In this document: positions 53,639 to 64,000 of the stretch, in pieces | Layout: each line of letters opens with the position of its first letter | Numbering within the stretch: position 1 is the first letter of the stretch | Notes under the pieces: model-generated | Seen by the model: only the letters and a program-made list of their open reading frames with translations | Database searches by the model: none | Told to the model about the DNA's origin: nothing | Origin: Bdellovibrionota bacterium | GTDB lineage: Bacteria > Bdellovibrionota_C > UBA2361 > CAKMMH01 | Assembly (NCBI GenBank): GCA_050952645.1 | Contig: JBMNLI010000007.1 | Location: forward strand, 102,433 to 166,432 | Length of the DNA: 64,000 bases | Direction: 5' to 3' | Translations under genes and position numbers: made by a program

Positions 53639-56600
53639 ATGAATTTTCTTAAAAAGAAATATCAAAAACGAGAAATACGCTATAAATGTATATATATATT
53701 TAAAAAACCCTTTAAAATTATAAAAAAATTTCAAAAGTTTTTTTCTAATCTTTTTCTTAATTTCTTCTTATTTTTCTTTTTTACAATATTCTTAAGTTTA
53801 TCTTTTAGTTTTTTTAGCAAGCCTTGTTTCGCATTCGACCCGATATTAGATAGTGTAAAATCCGTTTCTTCAATTAATGGAAGCACGGTTTGTGCGATTT
53901 CTGCAAACGGTGAGCTATACTGCTGGGGACTAAATGATACTACTCAAATTCCTTCGGGAGATTACTACGTAAAAACTCCTAAAAAAATTCTTGGGCTTAC
54001 AAATGTAAGCGATGTTAGCGTGGGAACTAATCACGCTTGTGCTATTGCTAACAGTAAGCTTTATTGTTGGGGTGGAAACTGGTATGGACAAGTAGGAAAT
54101 GGAGGTAGTGATACTATAAACTCGCCCCAAATGGTATTGTCCGAGTTTAATATAAGCCAAGTAGCAACTAGCGGGCTTAATACTTGCGCTATAACGACTA
54201 CTGGCAGGCTTTATTGCTGGGGTTATAATGATTTTGGAAATGTTGGTGCTAATAGCCTTGCTAGTTCAATACTCGTTCCAACTCAAATTTTAACCGATGT
54301 AAGTTATGTATCGATAGTGAGTCAAGGGGCTACGTGCGCTATAAAAACGAGTGGCGAGCTTTGGTGTTGGGGTGGAAATGCTTATGGACAAGTAGGGATT
54401 GGAAGTTTAACTCCTTCGATAATTAGAGCTCCTAGAAAAGTGCTTGAAACTGTAGCTAGCGTTAGTTTAGATAATTATAATACGTGTGCTATAAAGATAA
54501 ATGGTGAGCTTTATTGCTGGGGAGAAAATCACGTATCGTATAAAAAAATTTCAAATATAAGCGATACTAGAGTCCTTACACCTCTTAAAATTTTAGATGA
54601 TGTAAGTAAAGTAGCTTTAGGAAGATTTCATATATGCGCTATAACACACGATAATAAACTATATTGTAGAGGCGCAAATAATAGAGGACAAATAGGAAAA
54701 GGTGCAGACAATTCTAGCCATTACTTTTATAAAGTTCTAGATAATATTTCTCAAATGTCGCTTTCTAATTATTCTACTTGTGCTATTGCTAGCAATAACG
54801 ATCTTTACTGTTTTGGTCAAAATTATTTTGGACAAATCGGAAATAACTCGACTGTTAATCAAAGAACGCCTGCCCTTATTAGTAGTAATATAAAACGCAT
54901 TATAAATACTTCGGATAATGTATATGCGATAAATTCTTCAGGGAAACTTTATGCTTGGGGTAGTAATTACTATGGGCAAATAGGAGATGATAGACCTATA
55001 GTGCAAGCAACTAAAACACAAATTTTAACTGGGGCAAAAAATATTTCTCAAATAGGAACGAGCGCATGTGCTAGCAAACTAGATGGGAGCGTTTATTGTT
55101 GGGGAATAAACGATGAGGCACAGCTAGGAAGAAGCAACGAAGCGGTAAGCAACGTTGCAAGTTCAGCGCCCGTTTTAGTAGATGTTTACAGTAGCAAAGG
55201 AGGAGTCGTAAACGTTCGCTCTTTTTCTGAAAACAGTGCTACTTATTGTGCTATAAAAGAAAATAACGATCTTTTTTGTTGGGGATCTGATTATTATGGA
55301 ACTAGAGGAGATGGAGCGCAACCTGTAATGCAAGGGGTAGCTAGCGTTAAAGGTGGGGTTGAACATAATTGTGCCTTAAAAGATGAGCGGCTTTATTGTT
55401 GGGGTCGTGGATATGATGGCCGAGTTGGAGTAGGTGGCTCGAGCGCTGCTTATACTATACCTCAGTTGATATCAACTCTAGGCTTGGTAAGCGATTATAG
55501 CCTTGGGAGTAATATGACTTGTGCTATAAAAAAAGAAGATAAAACGCTTTGGTGTTGGGGAAATAATGGATATGGAAGACTAGGAATTGGAGACACGGAA
55601 AATAAATTATCCCCAGTTCAAGTTCAAGGAATATCGAATGTTTTAAAAGTAGTAGCAGGCGAAACTCATGTTTGCGCTATAACGGAAGATAATAAGCTAT
55701 ATTGTTGGGGGCAAAATAGTTCGGGAGAGTTAGGAATAGGAACTAATGTGGATAGTTATAGCCCAGCATTTGTAAAGAGCAATATAAAGAGTGTCGTAGT
55801 AGGAGGCGTTTATACTTGCGCTATAGATTTATCTAATGAGCTTTATTGTTGGGGAGGTGGGAGCTACGGCAAACTTGGTATTGGAAGAATATCTACCGAA
55901 ACTACTCCTCAAAAAGTATCGACTTTAACGGATGTTAGCAAAGTTCGCCTAGCTCCAGATTATGCTTGCGCTCAAACTGGCGCACTCGATGGAAATAAGC
56001 TTTATTGTTGGGGTAGAAATGATTATTACCAATTAGGGCTAGCAGATAATGGGAATAAAACTACTCCTCAATTAGTGTTAAGTGGAATAAAAGATTTTAA
56101 TGTAGGGAATAATGCAGTTTGCGCTATAGATGGCAGTGATAATCTTTTGTGCTGGGGATTAGATCATTATGGACAAGTAGGAGATGGTGTAGAAATAAGA
56201 AAAGAAAGCCCGACTCAAATTTTTTCTGGTGGCACGTCTCCTATATATTGCTCTGATTGTTGTGATCATTGGAATTATGCAAATTTAGGAGAAGCGTGTA
56301 ATAATGGCTTAACTAATAATTGTTTAGGAGAGGGGACATTCGTTTGTTTTGAGGGAGATGATGCTAATCCTACTATAGTTTGTAATGCTACTACGCCTGC
56401 TTGCTGTGAAGATAGTTTATATTCTTCTATAAGTTTAAGTTGCACGGCAGGCTATGGTGTATGTTTAGAAAATGGAAATTATTATTGCCAAGGCTTGCTA
56501 TCTAATAGCACCGTTTCTTGTAGCGCTACGGCGAATACTGGAGCGCAAACCGAAGAAATTTGCGATGGGCTAGATAATGATTGCGACGGCGAGATAGATG

Positions 56601-57610
56601 AGGATTTTTTTATCGGGGAGGAGTGCACCGAAAAAACGGGAGAGATTGTAGTAGATGGCACCTCGCACGATGTGATAGGAAAAGGCGTTTATAGATGCAA
56701 AGATACTACTCAAAACTATTGTGATATATACGATACGGATGGAGATGGCGTTATAGATGATGAGGATTTATGCCCTAATTTAGATGATAATGCTACGTTT
56801 ACTTATTATGGCGTGCAAGCACAGTATTATGGAAGAACTTATAAAAATACTGATGATATGGACGGAGACGGCATAATAAATTGTTTAGATGAGTGCGTAG
56901 ACGATGAGCCTATCGACGATCCTTTCTCAGATTTTAGCTTGGATTTAGGAGCATTAGAAAACGGCTGTGATGAAACACCTAGGGGCTATTCGTGGACGCC
57001 AACACCAACGCCAACGCAAACTCCTACGCTAACTCCTACTGCCACAGAAAGCGGAAGAGTTTACACGCCAACCTTTACGCTAACCTTTACACCGACTAAC
57101 ACTCCTACCATAACAACAACTTTTACACCGACTATAACTCCTATTATAACACCGACTATAACTAGCGTGCCGACTAATACGCCTACTTTTACACCGACTT
57201 TTACGCCTACAAAAACTGCTACTCCTACTCCAACGCTTGGTAATTCTTACTCAATAGCCTTAGCATACCCAAGAATGGAAGTCCCGAAGCCTAAAGTTTC
57301 TAAGTTAAAAAATGTAGATGGAGTGCTTATAAAACTTCCAAAGGTATTAAAGGCTACCATTAATAAAAATAAAAAAAGAAATAATGCAAAATATAAATAT
57401 CAGATACATATTAGAAAATTAAAAAGACTTGGCGTTAAAGATAATTTTTATAAACTAGGAAAAAAGATTTTAACTTATCACACTAGTATTAGATATAGAA
57501 GCAAAAGAATGGATAAGGGGATTTACTCTATTAGATATCGTGTAGTAATTACAAAGAATAAGAAAACTCGTTATAGTAAATGGAGTAAAAAAACGCTTAT
57601 AGAAATTTAA
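53639..57610 (+). CDS. Large secreted RCC1-repeat protein with Cys-rich/Ca-binding region, Pro/Thr linker and basic C-terminal domain
   Basis: Many CAI...LYCWG.N..GQ.G repeats; [34 protein letters not shown] repeats. Confidence 0.88.
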   Translation: MNFLKKKYQKREIRYKCIYIFKKPFKIIKKFQKFFSNLFLNFFLFFFFTIFLSLSFSFFSKPCFAFDPILDSVKSVSSINGSTVCAISANGELYCWGLNDTTQIPSGDYYVKTPKKILGLTNVSDVSVGTNHACAIANSKLYCWGGNWYGQVGNGGSDTINSPQMVLSEFNISQVATSGLNTCAITTTGRLYCWGYNDFGNVGANSLASSILVPTQILTDVSYVSIVSQGATCAIKTSGELWCWGGNAYGQVGIGSLTPSIIRAPRKVLETVASVSLDNYNTCAIKINGELYCWGENHVSYKKISNISDTRVLTPLKILDDVSKVALGRFHICAITHDNKLYCRGANNRGQIGKGADNSSHYFYKVLDNISQMSLSNYSTCAIASNNDLYCFGQNYFGQIGNNSTVNQRTPALISSNIKRIINTSDNVYAINSSGKLYAWGSNYYGQIGDDRPIVQATKTQILTGAKNISQIGTSACASKLDGSVYCWGINDEAQLGRSNEAVSNVASSAPVLVDVYSSKGGVVNVRSFSENSATYCAIKENNDLFCWGSDYYGTRGDGAQPVMQGVASVKGGVEHNCALKDERLYCWGRGYDGRVGVGGSSAAYTIPQLISTLGLVSDYSLGSNMTCAIKKEDKTLWCWGNNGYGRLGIGDTENKLSPVQVQGISNVLKVVAGETHVCAITEDNKLYCWGQNSSGELGIGTNVDSYSPAFVKSNIKSVVVGGVYTCAIDLSNELYCWGGGSYGKLGIGRISTETTPQKVSTLTDVSKVRLAPDYACAQTGALDGNKLYCWGRNDYYQLGLADNGNKTTPQLVLSGIKDFNVGNNAVCAIDGSDNLLCWGLDHYGQVGDGVEIRKESPTQIFSGGTSPIYCSDCCDHWNYANLGEACNNGLTNNCLGEGTFVCFEGDDANPTIVCNATTPACCEDSLYSSISLSCTAGYGVCLENGNYYCQGLLSNSTVSCSATANTGAQTEEICDGLDNDCDGEIDEDFFIGEECTEKTGEIVVDGTSHDVIGKGVYRCKDTTQNYCDIYDTDGDGVIDDEDLCPNLDDNATFTYYGVQAQYYGRTYKNTDDMDGDGIINCLDECVDDEPIDDPFSDFSLDLGALENGCDETPRGYSWTPTPTPTQTPTLTPTATESGRVYTPTFTLTFTPTNTPTITTTFTPTITPIITPTITSVPTNTPTFTPTFTPTKTATPTPTLGNSYSIALAYPRMEVPKPKVSKLKNVDGVLIKLPKVLKATINKNKKRNNAKYKYQIHIRKLKRLGVKDNFYKLGKKILTYHTSIRYRSKRMDKGIYSIRYRVVITKNKKTRYSKWSKKTLIEI

Positions 57611-57636
57611 CTAATAGAGATTTAACTAGTAGAAAT

Positions 57637-58446
57637 TTAAAAAGAAACTAGTGAGTTTTGCAAGTCTTTTATCTTCTCATCTAAACCTTCTTGTGAGCTT
57701 TTTAATTTTTTTGCTTTTTTATAATTTTCTAATGCAGCCGGGATGTCGGATTGAAGCTCATAAGCCGTAGCTAAGGTTATGAATCCTTCTTTTGTTTCTT
57801 TTATCGATAGCGATTCTTTAGCAATCTTTATAGCGTCTTTTATATTGTGATTTGCTAAAAGCACGTTAGCATAATTATTTAGTAGTGCTACATTTTTAGG
57901 CGTGTTTTTATACGCTTGCTCATACATAAACTCTGCATTATTTAAATTTTTTTGTAAAAGATAAATGTTTCCAAGTTTTACAAATAAATCTTTTTCATTA
58001 GGATTTAAAACTAAAACTTTCTTATAACTTTCTAGTGCCTTATCGATTTGTTTTTCAGCAAAGTAAATATCGCCTAGCAAATAATGGATATCTGCAATTT
58101 TTGGATAAGTTTTAGAATATGCTTGAAGAATACTTAAAACCTCGCTTCCTTTTTTTTGCCCAATTTTAAGAGTAGCATAATTTAATAGTGCTGAAATATT
58201 TTTATTATCGATATTTAGTGCTTTTCTAAAAAGCTCCTCGGCTGCCTTAGGGTCTTTATTTACTAGAGCGACGCCTTTTTCATTATATTCAATAGACTTG
58301 GCATCTGGCTTGTAGGCATTATTATTTTTTCTACTTTCATCTGCAAAAGATACATTAGTTAAAAATATAATAAACAGCGAAATAAATAATGTAATAAATA
58401 ATGTATGTGATAAATTAAGTGTAATTTTGTTTAGTAATCTTTTCAT
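57637..58446 (-). CDS. Exported TPR protein
   Basis: N-terminal hydrophobic signal and several TPR motifs. Confidence 0.85.
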   Translation of the reverse strand: MKRLLNKITLNLSHTLFITLFISLFIIFLTNVSFADESRKNNNAYKPDAKSIEYNEKGVALVNKDPKAAEELFRKALNIDNKNISALLNYATLKIGQKKGSEVLSILQAYSKTYPKIADIHYLLGDIYFAEKQIDKALESYKKVLVLNPNEKDLFVKLGNIYLLQKNLNNAEFMYEQAYKNTPKNVALLNNYANVLLANHNIKDAIKIAKESLSIKETKEGFITLATAYELQSDIPAALENYKKAKKLKSSQEGLDEKIKDLQNSLVSF

Positions 58447-58738
58447 AACTTAAAATTATATCAATTTCTCTTAATTCTGAAAAGAGTAGTAGGTAAGAAA
58501 CTTTCGTTATGATTTGGCTCATAATAGATGTCACTTAAAATATATAAGCAATGTTTTTATTATATAGATGGTGTCTATGGAAAAGTATGAAAGAGGATTA
58601 TATTTAAATTCGATTAAAACTTGTAAAAATAAGCTTGATAATTTTTTTATAATATAACATAACTTTGTGAATCAATTAAAAATAATTTTATCCATTTCCG
58701 TCTAAGGCAGGACACAATGCCAATAGCTAAAATTTCAT

Positions 58739-59504
58739 CTAGCTTCTAGGTGCCGAAGAATAATTGCTAGACTTACTAGACAATGAAGAGCCACTAAATA
58801 AAGAACCGCTAGAAATACTAGATACAGATGATATAACACTACTTAAACTACCAAAAGAAAATTGACTTTAAAGAAATTTGCATAAAATAAATTACTTTAA
58901 ATATAGTTGTAATTTTTCTTTAAACTATAGATAGTTTTCTATAAAAGCCAATTTTCTTTTAAGCTAACCCCCAAAAACAATTTTTCTAACCCACCTAAAA
59001 CGTGAAGAAGCAATTAAAATACCATACTTAGCTATACACGGCTCCTCTCTTAACTCAAAATATTTAAAGCCTAGTTGCTTAGGCGTCGCTACCTTTTTCG
59101 ATAATGCTAAATTATAAGCCGTAATCCAAAATTTACATATAGTAGGACAATCTTTAGATAGAGCTTGCACCTCATGCACTTCGCACACTTCATCTATTTC
59201 ACTTCAAGTCTTCCCCCTTATAGACTCACAATTAGGAACATCTTCCTTTCTTAAACCGTCTAGGCGATACTCTCTTAAAGCTACCATAAAATAAGGTGAA
59301 ACATCGACTACAAATTGCACTGGCCTATTTTCTACAGCTATTAACAAGTCTAAATTTCTCTCATTTAAACATACCATATGAAAAACAAATACGAAAACAT
59401 GCGTCACTACCCATGTAAGTGCAAAATAATAAAAACAAACTATAGCCTGTTTCTGTTAAAACGCTACCACGACTCGAATGGGACTTTTTATATTTATTTT
59501 TCAT
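58739..59504 (-). pseudogene. TadE-like pseudopilin gene, frameshifted and interrupted by a MITE
   Basis: Basic leader then RG|SVLTE plus hydrophobic helix; continues in ORFs 59204-59407 and 58964-59188; Ser-rich open frame beyond the MITE (link inferred). Confidence 0.4.
58851..59011. mobile_element. Truncated MITE (internal hairpin plus one TIR)
   Basis: Near-identical to 45028-45188. Confidence 0.88.
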
Positions 59505-59758
59505 CAAATTTTTATTTTGAAAGAAATTTTTAAAGAAATTTTTTAATCGACTGTTTGAGGTTAAAAGGAATTTTAACATAATAAAAAAACTTAAGTAAAA
59601 GTATTATATAATCACTAACCTAAAACTTACAAGACTAAAAATCTTTAGTCACTATAAAGTTTTTACACTCTCAATTGTTATCAACTTCGGAGTTTTTAGT
59701 TTCATTTATTTTTATACTTTTCAGCGACATCTTATTATGAGAGAGTAGGGCTATAATA

Positions 59759-60641
59759 TTACAGTAGCATAAGCGTTAAATATAGAATAAGTGCTGGAAA
59801 AATAATAAGTAAAATATTAAAAGTTTTTCTATATTTAATGCACGATACGTTTGATAGTTTTTTTAATATGGCTAAATAAAAAATAACTATTAAAGGAAAT
59901 AAAATTAAATTTCTGCTTTTAAAAAAAGTGATAGCTAATACTCCTAACGTGGTGGGGTAAAGCGAAGAAAGTAAGAAAATTATAGTAAAAATAGAAATAG
60001 TGCTAGAACTATTTATAGGATTATCGTTTGTAGACTTATCTTTTATAGACTTAGTTTGGCTTTTCTTAAATTTGCTATTTGATTTACAGCTTAATTTAGG
60101 GCTTAGGCTTTTTGTGATATTTCTTGAAAGCTTATTTGATATACATAAGCTTAATAACTTTAAAGAAACTAAAAAACTAGCAAAAGTAAAATAAATTACC
60201 ATAAGAGCTGTCTTGCTAGGTTTTAAAGGTATAAAAGGTATCAAGGCAACTAAAAAATATTCTAAGTTTAGCAAGATGATAAAAAAAACTATTCTTTGTT
60301 TTTCTAAAGCTAGTGATGAAAAAAACGACACTATAATATAACATATTGATATTATTAGAGATGTTGTCCCAAAATTTTCTTTTATAAAAGAAAGTTCAAA
60401 AAATAAGATGCTTAAAAGAACTAGCACTGAAAAAATAGGAAATAAGTCTTTAGTCGAAATCTTTGATGGAAGTGTAAGATTTTTTTGAGATATCTATTTT
60501 AAATATAAAAATTTTAAGAAAGTGTACTAAAATTATAAATAACAGCAAAAATAAAAATTTATGAAACTGCTCATTTAACTGAAATACGTTATCAAGAGGA
60601 TAAAAAATTAATGAAAGTAGTAATAAATAAACTTTATTCAT
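59759..60641 (-). CDS. Hypothetical polytopic membrane protein, probably split by a frameshift
   Basis: Hydrophobic ORFs 60450-60641 and 59759-60427. Confidence 0.45.
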
Positions 60642-60774
60642 AATTTATATGCTTTAATTATATTCTTTTTAATTATATTTTGTTTTAATAATACCCATTT
60701 TATAGATGGGGACTTACTTTATCGTAAAATTAAATGTCGAAAATTAAACTATTTTATTATATAATATAAGAATA

Positions 60775-62020
60775 ATGTGTGCTATATGTGAATATTTTAA
60801 TACGGATATTAAAGCGAGTGTAGATAAGATGGAATGTGATTACAAAAAAATATTAGCTGATATAGAAAAAAAAGATATAAAACTAGGGCAAGAAATAGAA
60901 GAATACAAATATAGACTAAGCTTCATAGATGTTAATCTAGCAAATATCGCTAGAAACTACCTTTTTGTAAAACAAAAAGTAGGAAACAGAAAAATTATGG
61001 CTATTACAAAGGCTAATGCCTATGGACACGGGCTTTTTATACACTTCGCTTTTTTTGCAAGCATTAGGGGTAGATTTTTTTGGAACTGCATTTTTAGAAG
61101 AGGCGATAGCGTTAAGACATAACGGAATAACTAAGCCGATTTTAATGTTAGGTGGCTTTGCACTATCACAAATTAGCAAATTTATAGAATACGATATAGA
61201 TATTACTGCTTCATCGGTTGAAAAGCTTGAAAAAATAGATGAGTGCGCAAAATCACTAGGTAAAAAAGCTAGAGTTCATATAAAGATAGATACAGGTATG
61301 GAAAGAATAGGACCACACTATTACTCGGCAGAAAAAATTTTAAATAAATCTCTAGAAACTAAAAACTGCGAAGTGGTGGGGATTTTTTCTCACTTTGCAA
61401 AATCGGAAACTGATGTCGTATTTACTAAGCTACAATTAGAAAGATTTTTAGAAGTGGTATCATTTTATGAAAAGCACTCTCTTACTTGTCCTATTAGACA
61501 TATCGCAAACTCTGGGGGGATTTTAAACTTTAAAGACTCCTATTTAGATATGGTTCGCCCTGGAGCGATACTATACGGCATCGACCCTAATGAAGAAAAG
61601 ACGAAAGACTTAAAAATTTTTCCTGCATTATCGCTAAAATCAGAGATAGTATATTTTAAAGTAGTAAAAGAAAACGCTGGAATTAGCTACGGTCATACAT
61701 TCGTTACGAAAGAACAAACGAGAGTAGTTACTATTCCTATTGGATATGGGGACGGTTTTTCAAGATTACTATCTAATAGGGCTAGCGTTATAATTAGAGG
61801 AAAGAAATATCCACTAGTAGGTAATATCTGCATGGATCAATGCATGGCAAATATAGGACCTAACGGCGAAGCGTATAATGGAGATGAGGTGGTTTTTATC
61901 GGAAAGCAAGGACGCGAAGAAATAACCGTTAGTGATTTAGCTAATTTAATAGGGACAGACCCTAGGGATATTCTAGTTTCGTTAAATTCTAGAATTCCAA
62001 GAAGATATTATGTAGAGTAG
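60775..62020 (+). CDS. alr: Alanine racemase (one frameshift in the T-run near 61031-61035)
   Basis: AITKANAYGHG in the first ORF; HIKIDTGMERIG, HIANSG, MVRPG, IGYGDG, ICMDQ in the second. Confidence 0.92.
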
Positions 62021-62062
62021 AATAATAAATTGAAAGTTATTTTTTAGGGTTAATATATAATT

Positions 62063-62947
62063 ATGAAGAGATACGTTTTTTTCTATAATATTTTTAATTT
62101 CTTTATTATTAAATTTTAGTTTGAGTGCTTATGCAGATAGTGAAAAATAAAATAAATAATAAGATAAATAAAGATACTGTAAAAGATACTACAAAAGATA
62201 CTAAAAAAAATGTAGTAGAAGATGCGATTAAAAGCCATAAAGAGTTTGTCAAAATGCCAGATAAATTAAATGCTTCTTTGCTTAAAAGTATTTATGAAGG
62301 GACGCCGTTTTTTATACATCAAGATAGAGATGGCATCTATTCTACAAGAGAGATAATAAAAGAAAGGGAAGAATTAAAAGCACTTTGGCTTGGGGGCATC
62401 GATAAGGGATAAAAACTCACTTGCAAATAGCCTTACTTTGTTTTTTACTCCTAAGGAATTAAGGAAAGTAGGAGATATTTATTTAGAAGATTTTAATATA
62501 AATTTTTCATTAATAGGCAATGAGTTTTTCGTTCATCATAGTAGTTTAAGACCTCAAAAAGTGCCTTATCTTGAAAGAAATACGATAAATTGGTTAAGAA
62601 CTAATAAAAAACAGGATATAGTTCTTTTAGTCCCTAAGCAAAGAGCTGATTTTGGTAGTTTAGGGTTTATGATATGCACAAGGGCGCATAATGAAAGAAA
62701 GCTAAAAACTGAAATAGAGTTAATAGATACTAAATATGAAATAAATAAAGTAAAAATGGAATTTAGTGGAAATACGAGAGTGTCGTTTACTACTGGCGCT
62801 AAGTACAAAGGGAAGATAGATCTAAATCTTATTGTGTCCGATGTAGTAGCTAAGCCTGAGATAACGTATGATGGAAGCTTAAGTAAAGACCCTAATGCAG
62901 ATTTAAATTATATACCAGTAGAGAAAGAAAAAAGTTTTTCATATTAG
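62063..62947 (+). CDS. Hypothetical exported protein split by frameshifts
   Basis: Signal-peptide-like start at 62063; consecutive ORFs 62125-62412 and 62390-62947. Confidence 0.45.
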
Positions 62948-62990
62948 AAATGATGAAAATATTATAGGTGGTTTAAAGTTCTTATACGAT

Positions 62991-63203
62991 ATGCAGTATG
63001 AAAGCGGAAAAAGGCGAATAAGCGATTTTACTAATTACGTATGGGTAAGAAGAAATAATATCGATTGGCCAATTAAATTAAAAAGATACGTAAATAATAA
63101 GGCTATAGTAGCTAATATCGATGAGGGAGATTGTTATAATATTATTTTAAATGTTAGAACTCTTAACCATACTTATTTAGATGAAAATTTAGCTAAAAAT
63201 TAA
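62991..63203 (+). CDS. Hypothetical protein or continuation fragment
   Basis: 70-aa ORF only. Confidence 0.3.
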   Translation: MQYESGKRRISDFTNYVWVRRNNIDWPIKLKRYVNNKAIVANIDEGDCYNIILNVRTLNHTYLDENLAKN

Positions 63204-63235
63204 ATTTTTAATAAACAAATAAAAGAGGATAAAGT

Positions 63236-63539
63236 ATGATTTTATTAGGTAATTTTATTAACGGTATCGCATTAGTACTGCAAGTTATTTTAGGACTTAT
63301 AGAGATAGTCTTAGTTTTAACTGCAATTTTTTCTTGGTTCCCTCAAGCTAGATATAATCAAACCGTAATATTTCTAAATATGATAACAAATATAATATTA
63401 AAAACCTATAAGAAAATTTGTGCCGTCAAAATCGGGTGTTGATTTTGCTTTTATAATAGCGCTTTTAATAGTCATATTTTTACAAGCCTTTTTAGTGACG
63501 TCTCTTTTTGATTATGCAAAAGTTATTAAAAATATTTAA
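63236..63539 (+). CDS. yggT: YggT family membrane protein (frameshift near 63400)
   Basis: AIFSWFP...N...FL..IT..IL, then KPIRKFVP...VDFA in the shifted frame. Confidence 0.75.
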
Positions 63540-63582
63540 AGCTATAAATTATAATTATTTATAAATTATTTATAAATTCCTT

Positions 63583-64000
63583 ATGCAAAAATTAGAAAAG
63601 ATTATAGTAGAAAATGTATTTAAAGAAAAAGAACCAAAGACGCAATTCTTAAAAGGAAATATAAAAAGTGCGTACCTATCAAAGTATGCTAAAATTATAA
63701 GAGACTTATCGGATAGCTATGTTGAAAATAAAAAAGATGGTATCGCTTTAAAAATGAAAGAAAGAGATTTTATAGAAGCGTACGCTTTATATTATTTGCC
63801 AATAAATTTTTATAAAATATCATTTTTACTATCAAAAATTCCTAGCATTATTTTTAAAGATAAACAAAGTGTAAATTTTTTAGACTATGGTAGTGGCCCT
63901 GCAACTGGGGCAATCGCAGTAAGCGAGTTTTGTGAAAAATTAAATATAAATTTACGCATTACCTTATACGATAAATCAAAGGAGATGTTAAATTTAGGAA
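63583..64000 (+). CDS. Rsm22-like SAM methyltransferase (runs off window)
   Basis: AYALYYLPIN, FLDYGSGPATG, YDKSKEM. Confidence 0.7.
   Translation, partial: MQKLEKIIVENVFKEKEPKTQFLKGNIKSAYLSKYAKIIRDLSDSYVENKKDGIALKMKERDFIEAYALYYLPINFYKISFLLSKIPSIIFKDKQSVNFLDYGSGPATGAIAVSEFCEKLNINLRITLYDKSKEMLNLG

Overview
AT-rich bacterial chromosome segment. 1-9115 is an accessory island with Firmicutes-like genes: the end of type I hsdR, mrr, an oriT-like hairpin, a large serine recombinase broken by a nonsense codon, a decayed adenine methyltransferase, and a cupin-rubredoxin-hcp cassette. It appears to sit at the 3' tail of an rlmD/rumA-like gene, and 177 bp of that tail and its flank are duplicated. The remainder is host chromosome: nadD/nadE, aminopeptidase, IS1634 transposase, lysC, three tRNAs, rnpB, pilT/pilU, an ECF sigma, tkt, pgm, glycosyl- and methyltransferases, an RCC1-repeat surface protein, alr and yggT. 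The gene content suggests a deltaproteobacterial/Bdellovibrionota-like host (inference only). Three things stand out. (1) An ISL3-like MITE family (about 12 copies, several with 8-bp target duplications) carries an internal hairpin, and two near-identical group IIC introns sit at the same nucleotide of that hairpin; one of them is inside a tandem MITE composite bounded by one perfect TSD. (2) A 968-aa sigma70-like protein has 6-7 tandem region-4 HTH units, next to a region-4-only paralog. (3) NadE lacks its glutaminase cysteine, and a Cys-rich secreted protein is out of frame by one tetranucleotide unit. Many single-base homopolymer frameshifts suggest long-read consensus errors, so pseudogene calls are provisional.
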